Virus record (IMG/VR): IMGVR_UViG_3300027759_000054 | Reading direction: 5' to 3' (one strand) | Length of the DNA stretch: 64,000 bases | Source of the DNA: an uncultured virus (IMG/VR IMGVR_UViG_3300027759_000054) | Taxonomy: Duplodnaviria; Heunggongvirae; Uroviricota; Caudoviricetes | Part shown: in pieces, positions 20,239-30,525 of the stretch | Numbering within the stretch: the stretch's first letter is position 1 | Layout of the letters: the number at the start of each line of letters is the position of its first letter | The notes under the pieces: model-generated | Seen by the model: the letters and a program-made list of their open reading frames with translations, nothing else | Databases searched by the model: none | Told to the model about the DNA's origin: nothing | Position numbers and translations under genes: made by a program

Positions 20239-20481
20239 ATGACAACTGTAATACAATTAAAAAGAAGTGAAACTACTAATGCAGTTCCAACTGCAGGACA
20301 AATTGCAGTTGGAGAACTTGCTGTAAATTTGGCAGACGGAACACTATACTCTAAGAAAACCGACGGAAGTATTATTGAAGTGGGTGGATATAATCCAGAA
20401 TTCTTTACTATTCCAGGAACAATCGATTTGGGTGATCTCGCAGGGGTGGATCCTACAGTTTATGACATGGGTGCATTATAA
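20239..20481 (+). CDS. Small fibre module protein
   Basis: IQLKRSET..GELAVN, paralog of 18498. Confidence 0.7.
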   Translation: MTTVIQLKRSETTNAVPTAGQIAVGELAVNLADGTLYSKKTDGSIIEVGGYNPEFFTIPGTIDLGDLAGVDPTVYDMGAL

Positions 20482-20484
20482 ATA
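20477..20484 (+). promoter_or_regulatory. Late promoter
   Basis: TATAAATA upstream of gp13. Confidence 0.8.
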
Positions 20485-20503
20485 GTCCCAAAGAGGACAA
20501 GAT

Positions 20504-21472
20504 ATGGCAATTTCTTCAAGACAAGGTTTAATAGATTACTGTTTGCGCAGACTTGGGTTTCCAGTAATCGAAATTAATGTGGACGATGATCAAGTAGAAG
20601 ATCGTATCGATGACGCATTACAGTATTTCCAAGAGTATCACTTTGACGGTGTCGAGAGACTCTATCTCACGCACAAAGTTACCACTGCAGAATTAAAATT
20701 CTCAGGATTGTCTGCGCCCTCTTTTCAAAATAGCGAGATGTTAGTCGGCAACACTTCAGGTGCAACATGTATTTTATATACATTATCTGGAACTACTGCG
20801 AGAGTAAGTAACGTAAAGGGTGTTTTTACAACAGGTGAAACTGTAACAGGATCTGTCTCAGGTTTTAGCAGAGCACTAGCAGCAACGAGTTTCTACACTC
20901 CAGGAGATATTCAAAACGGTTATCTTCCGCTTCCAGATTCGGTAATCGGTGTTATCCGTGTTCTTCCAGTCAATGGTCCAAGTTCTGGTATGAACAATCG
21001 TAACAACATGTTCGATCTTATCTATCAGTTCCGCCTGAATGACATGTATAACTTACTGTCTGCTGACATGGTTTACTACACACAAGTCCAACAGCATCTG
21101 TCAATGCTTGACATGCTTCTAGTCGGCGATCGTTCATTCAAATACAATCGTAAAATGGACAAGATGTATATCGACATGAATTGGGAAGAGGTATTAAATC
21201 CTGATGACTTTATTGTGATTGAGTGCTATCGTATCCTAGATCCTTCGACATACACACAAGTCTACGATGACATGTTCCTCAAGCGTTATGCTACTGCACT
21301 GATCAAACGTCAGTGGGGCGAGAACATGAAGAAGTTTGGTGGGATCCAACTTCCTGGAGGTGTCATTCTAAACGGTAGAGAGATCTACGAAGAAGCAGTC
21401 GAAGAAATCACGACAATCGAAAACGAAATGCAATTGAAGTCAGAGTTGCCAATAGACTTCATGGTTGGATAA
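20504..21472 (+). CDS. gp13: Neck protein gp13
   Basis: LIDYCLRRLGFPVIEINV; KRQWGENMKKF; synteny. Confidence 0.93.
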   Translation: MAISSRQGLIDYCLRRLGFPVIEINVDDDQVEDRIDDALQYFQEYHFDGVERLYLTHKVTTAELKFSGLSAPSFQNSEMLVGNTSGATCILYTLSGTTARVSNVKGVFTTGETVTGSVSGFSRALAATSFYTPGDIQNGYLPLPDSVIGVIRVLPVNGPSSGMNNRNNMFDLIYQFRLNDMYNLLSADMVYYTQVQQHLSMLDMLLVGDRSFKYNRKMDKMYIDMNWEEVLNPDDFIVIECYRILDPSTYTQVYDDMFLKRYATALIKRQWGENMKKFGGIQLPGGVILNGREIYEEAVEEITTIENEMQLKSELPIDFMVG

Positions 21473-21475
21473 GAC

Positions 21476-22222
21476 ATGCCAACGAACTTCTATTTTCAAT
21501 CTGGTAATACATCTGGAACCACAAACGAACAACGTTTGGTGGAGGATCTTGTCATTGAAAGTTTGAAGATCTACGGTCATGATGTTTTTTATCTTCCAAA
21601 GCAAACTGGTAACCTTGACGGTATCCTAGGTGAAGATGCGCTTCAGTATTTTGATCAAGCATATCCTCTTGAAATGTATCTTGAAAACGTTCAAGGTTTT
21701 GAAGGCGAAGGCGAACTGTTCACAAAGTTCGGTTTCGAGTTTAGATCCTCAGCAACTTTCGTAGTTGCCAAAAGACGCTGGGAAGAGGGTGTTGCTCAGA
21801 ATGCGGTACTAGAATTACCAGGAAGACCAGCAGAAGGCGATCTACTTTACTTCTCGAAAACCAAAACATTTTTCGTGATCAAGTATGTTGACTTCTTAAA
21901 TCCGTTCTATCAACTTGGTAAGATCTACACATACAAACTGCAATGTGATGTCTTTGAATTCAGTTCGGAAAGAATTGATACAGGGATCGATGAAATCGAT
22001 TCAATCACTGACGCATCAAATCAAGATGTTTACAGATTCCAACTGCTTCAACAGTCAGGGGACTTTGTTCTAAACTCTAACGATGATTCAATTATCCTCG
22101 AGATATATGCAACTGCAGATACAGATCCACAATCAGACAATGATGAATTCGAGGTAGAAGCGGAAGGTATTCTAGACTTCACCGCATTCAATCCATTCGG
22201 TGAGGTACAGAAAAGAGCATAA
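21476..22222 (+). CDS. gp14: Neck protein gp14
   Basis: ESLKIYGHDVFYLP; RPAEGDLLYF; PFYQLGK; NPFGE. Confidence 0.93.
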   Translation: MPTNFYFQSGNTSGTTNEQRLVEDLVIESLKIYGHDVFYLPKQTGNLDGILGEDALQYFDQAYPLEMYLENVQGFEGEGELFTKFGFEFRSSATFVVAKRRWEEGVAQNAVLELPGRPAEGDLLYFSKTKTFFVIKYVDFLNPFYQLGKIYTYKLQCDVFEFSSERIDTGIDEIDSITDASNQDVYRFQLLQQSGDFVLNSNDDSIILEIYATADTDPQSDNDEFEVEAEGILDFTAFNPFGEVQKRA

Positions 22223-22995
22223 TGTTTTTACGTCAACACTTTTATCATCAACATATCAGAAAAGCAATCATTGCTTTCGGTACGATCTTCAATCAGATTA
22301 ATGTCAAGAGATATAATTCTGACCAAGAAGTCGTGCAATCTGTTCGTGTTCCGTTAGCATATTCACCAAAAAATAAGTTCCTCGCCCGTATTGCAGAAGT
22401 CCCAACAACTACTACACAGTCTACTGCAATCATACTCCCACGAATGGGATTTGAGATTACGGGATTACAATATAATCCTGCGAGAAAGATTAACTTGCTA
22501 ACTAAGAACGTAGCAGTCGGTCAGGGCGATGATCCTAACATGCTGCGATCTCAATACACAAGCACACCATATGACATGAATATTTCGTTGTATGCAATGG
22601 CAAAAAATCAAGATGATGCACTACAGATTATTGAGCAAATAATTCCGTTCTTCAACCCCGACTTCTGTGTCACCATAACTGACATTCCTTCGATGGGTAT
22701 TAAGAGAGATCTTCAGATAGTTCTTGATTCCATCAATTATGAAGACGACTATGCTGGTGATTACATGCAAAGACGTTCGATTGTATGGACATTAAACTTT
22801 ACTCTCGGGTTAAACCTATATGGTCCAGTCGAGCAACAAGGAATTATTCGAAACGCAATCGCGAATACATATACGGATATTGAACAACCTACTTATCAAC
22901 AAAAATATCAAGTAACAACAAATCCAAATACTGCTGCAGTAACGGATGACTGGGATTATGTGGAGCAATTCGATGAATTTTTCGAACAAGGGTAA
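22222..22995 (+). CDS. gp15: Tail sheath stabilizer/terminator gp15
   Basis: AFGTIFN; VPLAY.PK.KFLAR; LPRMGFE; QIIEQIIPFF.P. Confidence 0.93.
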   Translation: MFLRQHFYHQHIRKAIIAFGTIFNQINVKRYNSDQEVVQSVRVPLAYSPKNKFLARIAEVPTTTTQSTAIILPRMGFEITGLQYNPARKINLLTKNVAVGQGDDPNMLRSQYTSTPYDMNISLYAMAKNQDDALQIIEQIIPFFNPDFCVTITDIPSMGIKRDLQIVLDSINYEDDYAGDYMQRRSIVWTLNFTLGLNLYGPVEQQGIIRNAIANTYTDIEQPTYQQKYQVTTNPNTAAVTDDWDYVEQFDEFFEQG

Positions 22996-23458
22996 CTATC
23001 AAGATCTTGACGATCTTTTTGGAACCGAAACAACAAAGATCCCAGAACCAGTTGAAGTAATTGAAGCGGAGATTCTCCCAGCAACTACGACTATATCTGC
23101 TCTTCCAGCAGTCATTGAATCCACTGGAGATGACATTGAAGATGACTACAATGTCGCTCGCAATAAACTCAATGAATTGATTGACACAAGTCAAAGAGCA
23201 CTAGAGGGTATGTTAAATGTTGCACTTGCAAGCGACAGTCCTCGTGCTTATGAAGTCGTTGGGCAATTGATCAAAACAACTGGTGATACTGCTAAAGATC
23301 TCATGGATCTTCAGGCAAGGAAGAAAAAAGTTCTTCAAGATGATAACAAAAAGTCTCAGCAAATAGACACACAGAATAATATCATCTTTTCTGGAAGCAC
23401 TCAAGATCTACTCCGAGCATTGAAAGCAGAGAAAGCAAAAGTAATAGAACATGAATGA
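22973..23458 (+). CDS. gp16: Terminase small subunit gp16
   Basis: DDYNVAR; SPRAYEV; NNIIFSGST. Confidence 0.9.
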   Translation: MNFSNKGNYQDLDDLFGTETTKIPEPVEVIEAEILPATTTISALPAVIESTGDDIEDDYNVARNKLNELIDTSQRALEGMLNVALASDSPRAYEVVGQLIKTTGDTAKDLMDLQARKKKVLQDDNKKSQQIDTQNNIIFSGSTQDLLRALKAEKAKVIEHE

Positions 23459-25082
23459 TGAATCCTCGTATCATGGTAATATTAATTTAAAACCGATTGG
23501 ATACAAACATAATTTTACTCCTGAGCAATTGACAGAACTTGCGTTGTGCGAGGAAGATCCAATTTACTTTATTGAGAATTATTGCATGATCGTGTCGCTC
23601 GACAAAGGTCTTGTTCCATTCAAACTGTATGAATGCCAGAAACGCAAAGTCCATCATATTCTAGATAATCGTAGAGCGATTCTAATGGAAGGTCGTCAGC
23701 AGGGTAAGACCATTACATCTGCTGCTTGCATCCTGTGGTATACATTGTTTCAAGATGCAAAAACTGTTGCTATCCTTGCGAACAAGACTTCTGCTGCTCG
23801 CGAAGTCATGAATCGTTATCAAGGTATGTTCGAGAACTTACCTCTCTGGATGCAGCAAGGTGTTAAGACTTGGAATAAGGGTGACGTTGAATTAGAAAAC
23901 GGATCCAAGGTATTTACTGCTGCTACGACTGCCTCTGGTATTCGTGGTAAGTCTGTTAACTGGTTGTATATCGACGAAGCGGCGATTATTCCAAACACAG
24001 TTGCTGAGCAGTTCTTCGCCTCAGTTTATCCTACAATTTCTGCGGGTCAAACAACCAAGATCCTTCTGACCTCGACACCTCTGGGATATAACCACTTCTG
24101 GAAATTCTGGAACGAAGCAGAAAAGGGTGTCAATGGATTCAAACCCATGTTCATCCCATATACTGAAATTCCTGGACGCGATGAAGAATGGGCAGAAGAG
24201 CAACTCAAGATGCTCGGCGAGTTGAAATTCAACCAAGAAGTTCTCTGTAATTTCCTTGGTTCAAGCAACACCCTTGTGAATGCACATACACTTGGAGCGA
24301 TGAGTTCCATTGACCCTATATACATGAAGGATGGTCTAGATATCTTCGAGGATCCAATCCCAGAGCATACTTATGTAATGGGTGTTGATACTGCAAGAGG
24401 TATTGGTGGCGACTATTCCGCATTTACTGTGGTTGATGCAACCTCTGTTCCATATAAACTAGTCGCCAAATACCGCAACAATAAAATACCACCGATGTTA
24501 TATCCTAATGTCGTAAACAAAGTGGCAAGAGATTTTAATAATGCATATGTGATGATTGAAATTAACGACATGGGACAACAAGTCGCCGATATTTTACATG
24601 CAGAATTAGAATATGATAATATTTTAACGACTTCTAAAGATACAAACAAACAATATCTTTCTCCAGGATTTGGTAGAGCAACCCAAATGGGTGTTCGAAT
24701 GACTAAGCAAGTTAAAAGACAAGGTTGTTTTACACTAAAGTCTCTGATGGAAGAAAAGAAGTTACTTATTTTTGATGCAGATACCATTTCAGAGTTCTCC
24801 ACCTTTATCGAAAAGATGGGAACTTGGATGGCAGATGAAGGTTATTTTGATGACTTGGTAATGAGTTTAGTCATGTTTGCATGGGTAACCAGCAATACAT
24901 ATTTCACCGATCTGACAGATATTGACATTAGAAAAAAGTTATATGATGGTCAGATGAAACAGATAGAAGAAGAACTGACACCATTTGGTATAATAATGAA
25001 TGGCACTGAAGAAGAAGTTTTTGTTGATAGCGGAGACCTATGGTCTGTTGATGCTGCACCAACTAAACGTGGTTGGATGTAA
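23451..25082 (+). CDS. gp17: Terminase large subunit gp17
   Basis: RQQGKT Walker A; YIDEAA; STPLG.NHF; DDLVMSL. Confidence 0.97.
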   Translation: MNDESSYHGNINLKPIGYKHNFTPEQLTELALCEEDPIYFIENYCMIVSLDKGLVPFKLYECQKRKVHHILDNRRAILMEGRQQGKTITSAACILWYTLFQDAKTVAILANKTSAAREVMNRYQGMFENLPLWMQQGVKTWNKGDVELENGSKVFTAATTASGIRGKSVNWLYIDEAAIIPNTVAEQFFASVYPTISAGQTTKILLTSTPLGYNHFWKFWNEAEKGVNGFKPMFIPYTEIPGRDEEWAEEQLKMLGELKFNQEVLCNFLGSSNTLVNAHTLGAMSSIDPIYMKDGLDIFEDPIPEHTYVMGVDTARGIGGDYSAFTVVDATSVPYKLVAKYRNNKIPPMLYPNVVNKVARDFNNAYVMIEINDMGQQVADILHAELEYDNILTTSKDTNKQYLSPGFGRATQMGVRMTKQVKRQGCFTLKSLMEEKKLLIFDADTISEFSTFIEKMGTWMADEGYFDDLVMSLVMFAWVTSNTYFTDLTDIDIRKKLYDGQMKQIEEELTPFGIIMNGTEEEVFVDSGDLWSVDAAPTKRGWM

Positions 25083-25093
25083 AGTAGACATCT

Positions 25094-25101
25094 TATAAAT
25101 A
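25094..25101 (+). promoter_or_regulatory. Late promoter
   Basis: TATAAATA upstream of gp18. Confidence 0.85.
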
Positions 25102-25158
25102 AGTTTATAACAAAAAAGACAGTGGTTTTTGTCAGTTTTTATATACAAGGAGAAGAAA

Positions 25159-26832
25159 ATGGCATTTCAATTATCGCCAGGAGTCCTAGTTACTGAAAAG
25201 GATCTAACTAACGTCGTACCAGCAGTCTCAAGTTCTGCTGGTGGATACGTTGGTTACTTCCTCTGGGGACCTGTAAACGAAATTCAAACAGTTTCGTCAG
25301 AAAACCAACTCGTCCGCGAGTTTGGTAAACCAACAAGCACAACTACAGTACACTTCCACACTGCAGCAAACTTTCTTGGTTACGGAAATAATCTACAACT
25401 CGTTCGTGCAGTCGGCACAGCAGCAAGAAACGCTGTTTCAACAGGAACTGCTCTGAAGATCGACAATGAAGATGTATATACTGCATCGTATTCTTCAGGA
25501 GAAGCAGCAGTAGGAACTTGGGCCGCTAAGTATCCAGGTGCTGCTGGTAACTCTCTAAGAGTTGGCATTGCAGACGCATTAACATTCGGTGAATGGTCAT
25601 ATGTTTCACAGTTTGATTCTGCTCCAGGAACCTCAGAATATGCAGCGAATTTCAATTCAACTGGCGACGAACTTCACGTAATCGTTATCGACGAAGATGG
25701 CGTATTTACTGGTACTGCTGGTACTGTTCTAGAAAAATTCCCATTCGTTTCTAAGGCATCGGATGCTAAGAATTCTGATGGGTCATCAAACTTCTATAAG
25801 AACGTAATTAATACACAATCACAATACATTTGGTGGATGGATCACCCAACAGGAATGTCTGATTGGGGTTCAACTGCAGCAGTTGCAGGCGCATTTGTCG
25901 GTCTTAATTCACCAGAAAACGTTTCTCTTACAGTCGGTGTTGATGCTGCTCCTGCTGCTGGCGATCTTCAAACAGGTTACAATCTGTTCGGCAATAAGGA
26001 ACTAGTTGATGTATCACTTCTTCTGACTGGTGGTCATGCTGTTGCTGTTGCTCAGCACGTTATTGATAACGTTGCTCTAGATCGTCTAGACTGTGTTGTT
26101 TTCCTTTCACCACCTCTGGCAGCAGTCCAGAACAATGCTGGTGACGAAGCAGCAGATATCGTAACATATAGAAGTTCAACCTTAAATCGCTCGACTTCAT
26201 ACGCTGTTATGGACTCAGGATGGAAAGTTCAATACGACAAGTATAATGACACCTATGTTAACATTCCTTTGAATGCTGATACTGCAGGTCTTTGTGCTCG
26301 TACTGATCAAACCAATGATCCATGGTGGTCACCTGCTGGTTTCAACCGTGGTGCTATCAAGAATTGCGTGAAACTTCTGTTCTCACCAAATCAAACAGAT
26401 CGTGATACTCTTTACAAGAATGGCATCAATCCAGTTGTGTCGTTCCCAGGACAGGGTGTTGTTCTCTATGGTGACAAGACACTTCTTGCTAAACCATCGG
26501 CATTCGATCGTATCAATGTTCGTCGTCTATTCATCGTTCTTGAGAAGGCAATCGCAACTGCTGCTAAGTTCCAGTTGTTCGAATTCAACGATGTCTTCAC
26601 TCGTGCACAGTTCAAGTCACTAGTTGAACCATTCCTCCGCGATGTTCGTGGTCGCCGTGGTATCTATGACTTCCGTGTCGTTTGTGACGAAACAAATAAC
26701 ACTGGCGAAGTAATTGACCGTAATGAGTTTGTTGCAGATATCTACATCAAACCTGCTAAGTCGATCAACTTCATCTACCTTAACTTCATCGCAACTCGTA
26801 CCTCGGTATCGTTCGAAGAAGTTGGTGCCTAA
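25159..26832 (+). CDS. gp18: Tail sheath protein gp18
   Basis: MAFQLSPGV; WWSPAGFNRG; FDRINVRRLF. Confidence 0.97.
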   Translation: MAFQLSPGVLVTEKDLTNVVPAVSSSAGGYVGYFLWGPVNEIQTVSSENQLVREFGKPTSTTTVHFHTAANFLGYGNNLQLVRAVGTAARNAVSTGTALKIDNEDVYTASYSSGEAAVGTWAAKYPGAAGNSLRVGIADALTFGEWSYVSQFDSAPGTSEYAANFNSTGDELHVIVIDEDGVFTGTAGTVLEKFPFVSKASDAKNSDGSSNFYKNVINTQSQYIWWMDHPTGMSDWGSTAAVAGAFVGLNSPENVSLTVGVDAAPAAGDLQTGYNLFGNKELVDVSLLLTGGHAVAVAQHVIDNVALDRLDCVVFLSPPLAAVQNNAGDEAADIVTYRSSTLNRSTSYAVMDSGWKVQYDKYNDTYVNIPLNADTAGLCARTDQTNDPWWSPAGFNRGAIKNCVKLLFSPNQTDRDTLYKNGINPVVSFPGQGVVLYGDKTLLAKPSAFDRINVRRLFIVLEKAIATAAKFQLFEFNDVFTRAQFKSLVEPFLRDVRGRRGIYDFRVVCDETNNTGEVIDRNEFVADIYIKPAKSINFIYLNFIATRTSVSFEEVGA

Positions 26833-26868
26833 TAACCCGAATAAATAGAATTATAGGAGAAATCTATT

Positions 26869-27387
26869 ATGGATATTTCAAAGTTTAAAGGGTTACTAGG
26901 TGCTGGTGGTGCAAGACCTAACCAATTCCGTGTATTGCTCAACTGGCCTGGATATGTAACATCCGTTCCTGACAGAGAATATGCACTTTTGGTTACTGGT
27001 GCTGCCCTTCCTGCATCAACAGTAAACCCAACTCTCGTTCAGTATCGTGGTCGCGAAGTGAAACTCGCTGGTGAGCGTATCTTCGATCCATGGACAGTAA
27101 CAATCATCAATGACACTGAAATGTCACTCCGTAAACCATTCGAAGAGTGGATGAACGGAATGAATGATCTGGAATTGAACACAGGTGTTCTTACACCAAC
27201 TGATTATCAAGCAGACGTTATCGTTCAGCATCTTGATCGCAATGATGAAGTTCTGATGGAATATACGCTTTATAATTCGTTCCCGATTAACATGTCAGAA
27301 ATTGGTTTGCAATATGGTCAGAATGATGTAATCGAAGAGTTCACAGTAACTTTCAATTACTCACACTACCTAACTAATACGCTTTAA
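26869..27387 (+). CDS. gp19: Tail tube protein gp19
   Basis: GGARPNQF; RGREVKLAGER.F..WTVT; IEEFTVTF. Confidence 0.95.
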   Translation: MDISKFKGLLGAGGARPNQFRVLLNWPGYVTSVPDREYALLVTGAALPASTVNPTLVQYRGREVKLAGERIFDPWTVTIINDTEMSLRKPFEEWMNGMNDLELNTGVLTPTDYQADVIVQHLDRNDEVLMEYTLYNSFPINMSEIGLQYGQNDVIEEFTVTFNYSHYLTNTL

Positions 27388-27402
27388 GAGTAATCTAATA
27401 TT

Positions 27403-28926
27403 ATGGAAATTTTTGGTTATAAGATTACACGATCTGTGGAGCCACCAACGGAAAAATCGTTCGTGGCTCCAACAGACGACGGTGGCACAGATGAAATTAA
27501 AGCAGGTGGTTATTACGGAACCTATCTGGACTTAGATGGGACTGCCAGCACAGAGCAAGAACTTATCAGACGCTATCGTGACATTGCTGGTATGGCAGAT
27601 GTCGACACAGCAATTGATGATATTGTTAATGACTCTATCTCAAATCTTGATGACGAAGATCCAGTTAGAATTAATCTGGATGATGTAGAGATGTCTGCAG
27701 GTATCAAGAAAGATATCGAAAAAGAATTTGAAGAAATCTTAAGAATCTTAGATTTTAAACTAAGAGCACATGATTACTTCCGCCGTTGGTATGTTGATGG
27801 TAGATTGTTTTTCCATAAAGTTATCGACACAGCAAACCCAAAGCAGGGTCTAACTGATGTTCGTTACATTGATCCACGGAAGATTAAAAAGGTTCGTGAG
27901 ATCATCAAGGAAAAAGATACCAAGACCAATGTCGATTTTATCAAACGCATTGATGAGTATTTTCTCTACAATGAAAAAGGTGTAGTACACCAAAAGTCAG
28001 CAGCGATAAACGATTATTCGACATCCGCGAATGCACTTAGAATTACAAAGGATGCTATTTGCCATGTTCCTTCTGGTCTTGTTGATCAGGATAAGAACGT
28101 GGGATTATCGTATCTACATAAAGCAATACGTCCAGCAAACCAACTCCGCATGATGGAAAACGCACTTGTGATTTATCGTATCACTCGTGCACCTGAGCGT
28201 CGAGTATTTTATGTTGACGTTGGTAACCTGCCTAAGATTAAAGCAGAACAATATCTCAAGGGTATCATGAACCAGTATCGTAACAAAATCGTTTACGATT
28301 CAAACACTGGTGAAATTCGTGATGATAAGAAATTCATGTCAATGCTTGAAGACTTCTGGTTGCCTCGCCGTGAAGGTGGTAGAGGAACTCAGATTGAAAC
28401 ACTTCCTGGAGGAGAAAACCTTGGGCAAATCCAAGACGTTGATTACTTCCAGCGTAAACTATATCAGTCATTGAATGTTCCAATCTCAAGACAGCAACAG
28501 CAATCAGGTTTAAACTTTGGTCGTGCTGCTGAAATTAATCGCGACGAGTGGAAGTTTACAAAGTTTATTGCTAGACTGCGTCGTCGTTTCTCGTTAATTT
28601 TTGATGATCTCCTAAAGACTCAGTTGATTCTCAAAGGAATCATAACTGAAGCAGACTGGGAATCCATTAGATATAAGATTCAATATAACTTTGCAACTGA
28701 TGCATACTATACTGAATCAAAAGAACAGCAAATTCTTCAGTCTCGTGTTGAGATTCTAAATGGAGTTGCAAATTATATTGGTTCGCTCTACAGCAAAGAA
28801 TATGTCCAAAAGAATATTCTGAAACTTACTGACGATGAAATAGCAGAAATCGAAGCATCGAATACTGCTAATCCACCAGAAGTTCCACCTGCAGAAGAGC
28901 AACCACCACAACAAGAACAAGGATAA
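27403..28926 (+). CDS. gp20: Portal protein gp20
   Basis: YRITRAPERRVFYVDVGN; MLEDFWLPRREGGRGT. Confidence 0.98.
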   Translation: MEIFGYKITRSVEPPTEKSFVAPTDDGGTDEIKAGGYYGTYLDLDGTASTEQELIRRYRDIAGMADVDTAIDDIVNDSISNLDDEDPVRINLDDVEMSAGIKKDIEKEFEEILRILDFKLRAHDYFRRWYVDGRLFFHKVIDTANPKQGLTDVRYIDPRKIKKVREIIKEKDTKTNVDFIKRIDEYFLYNEKGVVHQKSAAINDYSTSANALRITKDAICHVPSGLVDQDKNVGLSYLHKAIRPANQLRMMENALVIYRITRAPERRVFYVDVGNLPKIKAEQYLKGIMNQYRNKIVYDSNTGEIRDDKKFMSMLEDFWLPRREGGRGTQIETLPGGENLGQIQDVDYFQRKLYQSLNVPISRQQQQSGLNFGRAAEINRDEWKFTKFIARLRRRFSLIFDDLLKTQLILKGIITEADWESIRYKIQYNFATDAYYTESKEQQILQSRVEILNGVANYIGSLYSKEYVQKNILKLTDDEIAEIEASNTANPPEVPPAEEQPPQQEQG

Positions 28927-28931
28927 TTATT

Positions 28932-29174
28932 ATGGAAAACAATGTAGCAGATCTAATAAATAACATTGAAAGCGGTACTCTTGCCGACGCAGAACAAGTA
29001 TTTAATGATTTAATGGACATTAAAGCAGGTAATGCGTTAGATGCATATAGACAGCAAATCGCAATGAATGTTTTTAACGGTCAAGAAGAATCAGAACCTG
29101 AAGAAGAATCTGATACTGACATTGAGGATGAATCAGAAGAAGACTTTACGGGAGAAGACGATGCTGAAGTTTAA
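28932..29174 (+). CDS. Acidic prohead core protein (gp67-like)
   Basis: Position after the portal gene; highly acidic C-terminus. Confidence 0.6.
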   Translation: MENNVADLINNIESGTLADAEQVFNDLMDIKAGNALDAYRQQIAMNVFNGQEESEPEEESDTDIEDESEEDFTGEDDAEV

Positions 29175-29436
29175 GGATTTAATGGAAAGAATCAATGAAA
29201 CTCGCTCATTGAATCTAGAAGAAGGTCGTATGAAAGATCTGGCAATGGACATGGAATCATTGTCTCATGCAGATTTTAAAAGAAAACATAGAAGAACAAA
29301 GCAAGAAATGCAAAGTTCTTTAAAATCTGAAGCACTAAAGGGCGATCAACATAAGATTGACGCGAATAAGAATGGTAAGGTTGACGGTCACGATTTCAAG
29401 ATTTTGCGTAATGCAAAGAAAGCTAGATACCAGTAA
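29161..29436 (+). CDS. Small prohead core/internal protein
   Basis: N-terminal MLKFKDLME resembles a capsid-targeting sequence; LEE site; DANKNGKVDGHDF EF-hand-like loop. Confidence 0.65.
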   Translation: MLKFKDLMERINETRSLNLEEGRMKDLAMDMESLSHADFKRKHRRTKQEMQSSLKSEALKGDQHKIDANKNGKVDGHDFKILRNAKKARYQ

Positions 29437-29446
29437 GGAATAACAG

Positions 29447-29824
29447 ATGGCGACTAAAGCGGTTCTAAAACTAACACAGGTTCATGGTGTGGTGAAAGTG
29501 CGTGGCACGGGATCCGCTACCATTGCACTTGCAACTGATCTGAAGAAGTCTTCAGAAACTCAGTCTTCACCAAAGGCAAACATTCGCACACTCCATTGGG
29601 CACTGGCAGTAGCCACCACTGCTACTGTTACTCGGAATAGCGTAGTTCTATACTATCTATCAGGGTCAGGCAAAATGGAATTCATGGGTTGGTCGGACAA
29701 TGAAGAAAACGGATCAGATATTGTTGTAGATTTTTCATCAGGCACTGGATCTGTAGTTCTAGAACTCGCTAAGATTTCTGGATATGGTTCGCAACAACAT
29801 CAGAACCAAGGAGATCTAGGATAA
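29447..29824 (+). CDS. Head-region hypothetical protein
   Basis: AGGA RBS; directly upstream of gp21. Confidence 0.7.
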   Translation: MATKAVLKLTQVHGVVKVRGTGSATIALATDLKKSSETQSSPKANIRTLHWALAVATTATVTRNSVVLYYLSGSGKMEFMGWSDNEENGSDIVVDFSSGTGSVVLELAKISGYGSQQHQNQGDLG

Positions 29825-30492
29825 TGAAACTTATTACTGAAGTCGTTGAAGACGTAAACCTTTTAATCGAAGAAACCAATGGCAAGAAAACACACTTCAT
29901 CGAGGGTGTGTTTCTGCAATCTAATTTGGCAAACCGCAATGGTCGTGTTTATCCAAAAGAGATTATGTCGAAAGAAGTCGAAAGATATAATGAAAGTTAT
30001 GTCAGATCGAATCGTGCTCTCGGAGAACTCGGTCACCCAGATGGTCCATCGATCAATCTAGATCGTGTTTCACACATGATTGTCTCACTCAAAGAAGACG
30101 GTGACAATTATATTGGTAAAGCAAAACTCATGGATACTCCAATGGGCAATATTGCTAAAGGTCTTATCGAGGGTGGCGCTAAACTTGGTGTTTCTTCCCG
30201 TGGTATGGGTACATTGAAAGCAAATAAAGAAGGCATTAATGAAGTCCAAGACGACTTCTACCTTGCTACTGCTGCTGACATTGTGGCAGATCCTTCTGCT
30301 CCTGACGCATTCGTTCAGGGCATTATGGAAAATAAAGAATGGGTTGTGGTTAATGGTGTCTGGACAGAGCAAGCATGTGACATGTCTAAGAAGTTGATCA
30401 AGAAAGCATCCAGAAAAGAATTGGAAGAAGCGAAGTTGAGAGTATTTGAATCTTTCTTAAATCGTGTCTCCCGTAAAACAAAAGTTTTATAA
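29824..30492 (+). CDS. gp21: Prohead protease gp21
   Basis: NRNGRVY; ALGELGHP; GVSSRGMG; DIVADPSAPDA. Confidence 0.97.
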   Translation: MKLITEVVEDVNLLIEETNGKKTHFIEGVFLQSNLANRNGRVYPKEIMSKEVERYNESYVRSNRALGELGHPDGPSINLDRVSHMIVSLKEDGDNYIGKAKLMDTPMGNIAKGLIEGGAKLGVSSRGMGTLKANKEGINEVQDDFYLATAADIVADPSAPDAFVQGIMENKEWVVVNGVWTEQACDMSKKLIKKASRKELEEAKLRVFESFLNRVSRKTKVL

Positions 30493-30495
30493 ATA
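30488..30495 (+). promoter_or_regulatory. Late promoter
   Basis: TATAAATA upstream of gp22. Confidence 0.85.
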
Positions 30496-30525
30496 TTATA
30501 TAATCTCGAATTCTAGGAGAAGCAA

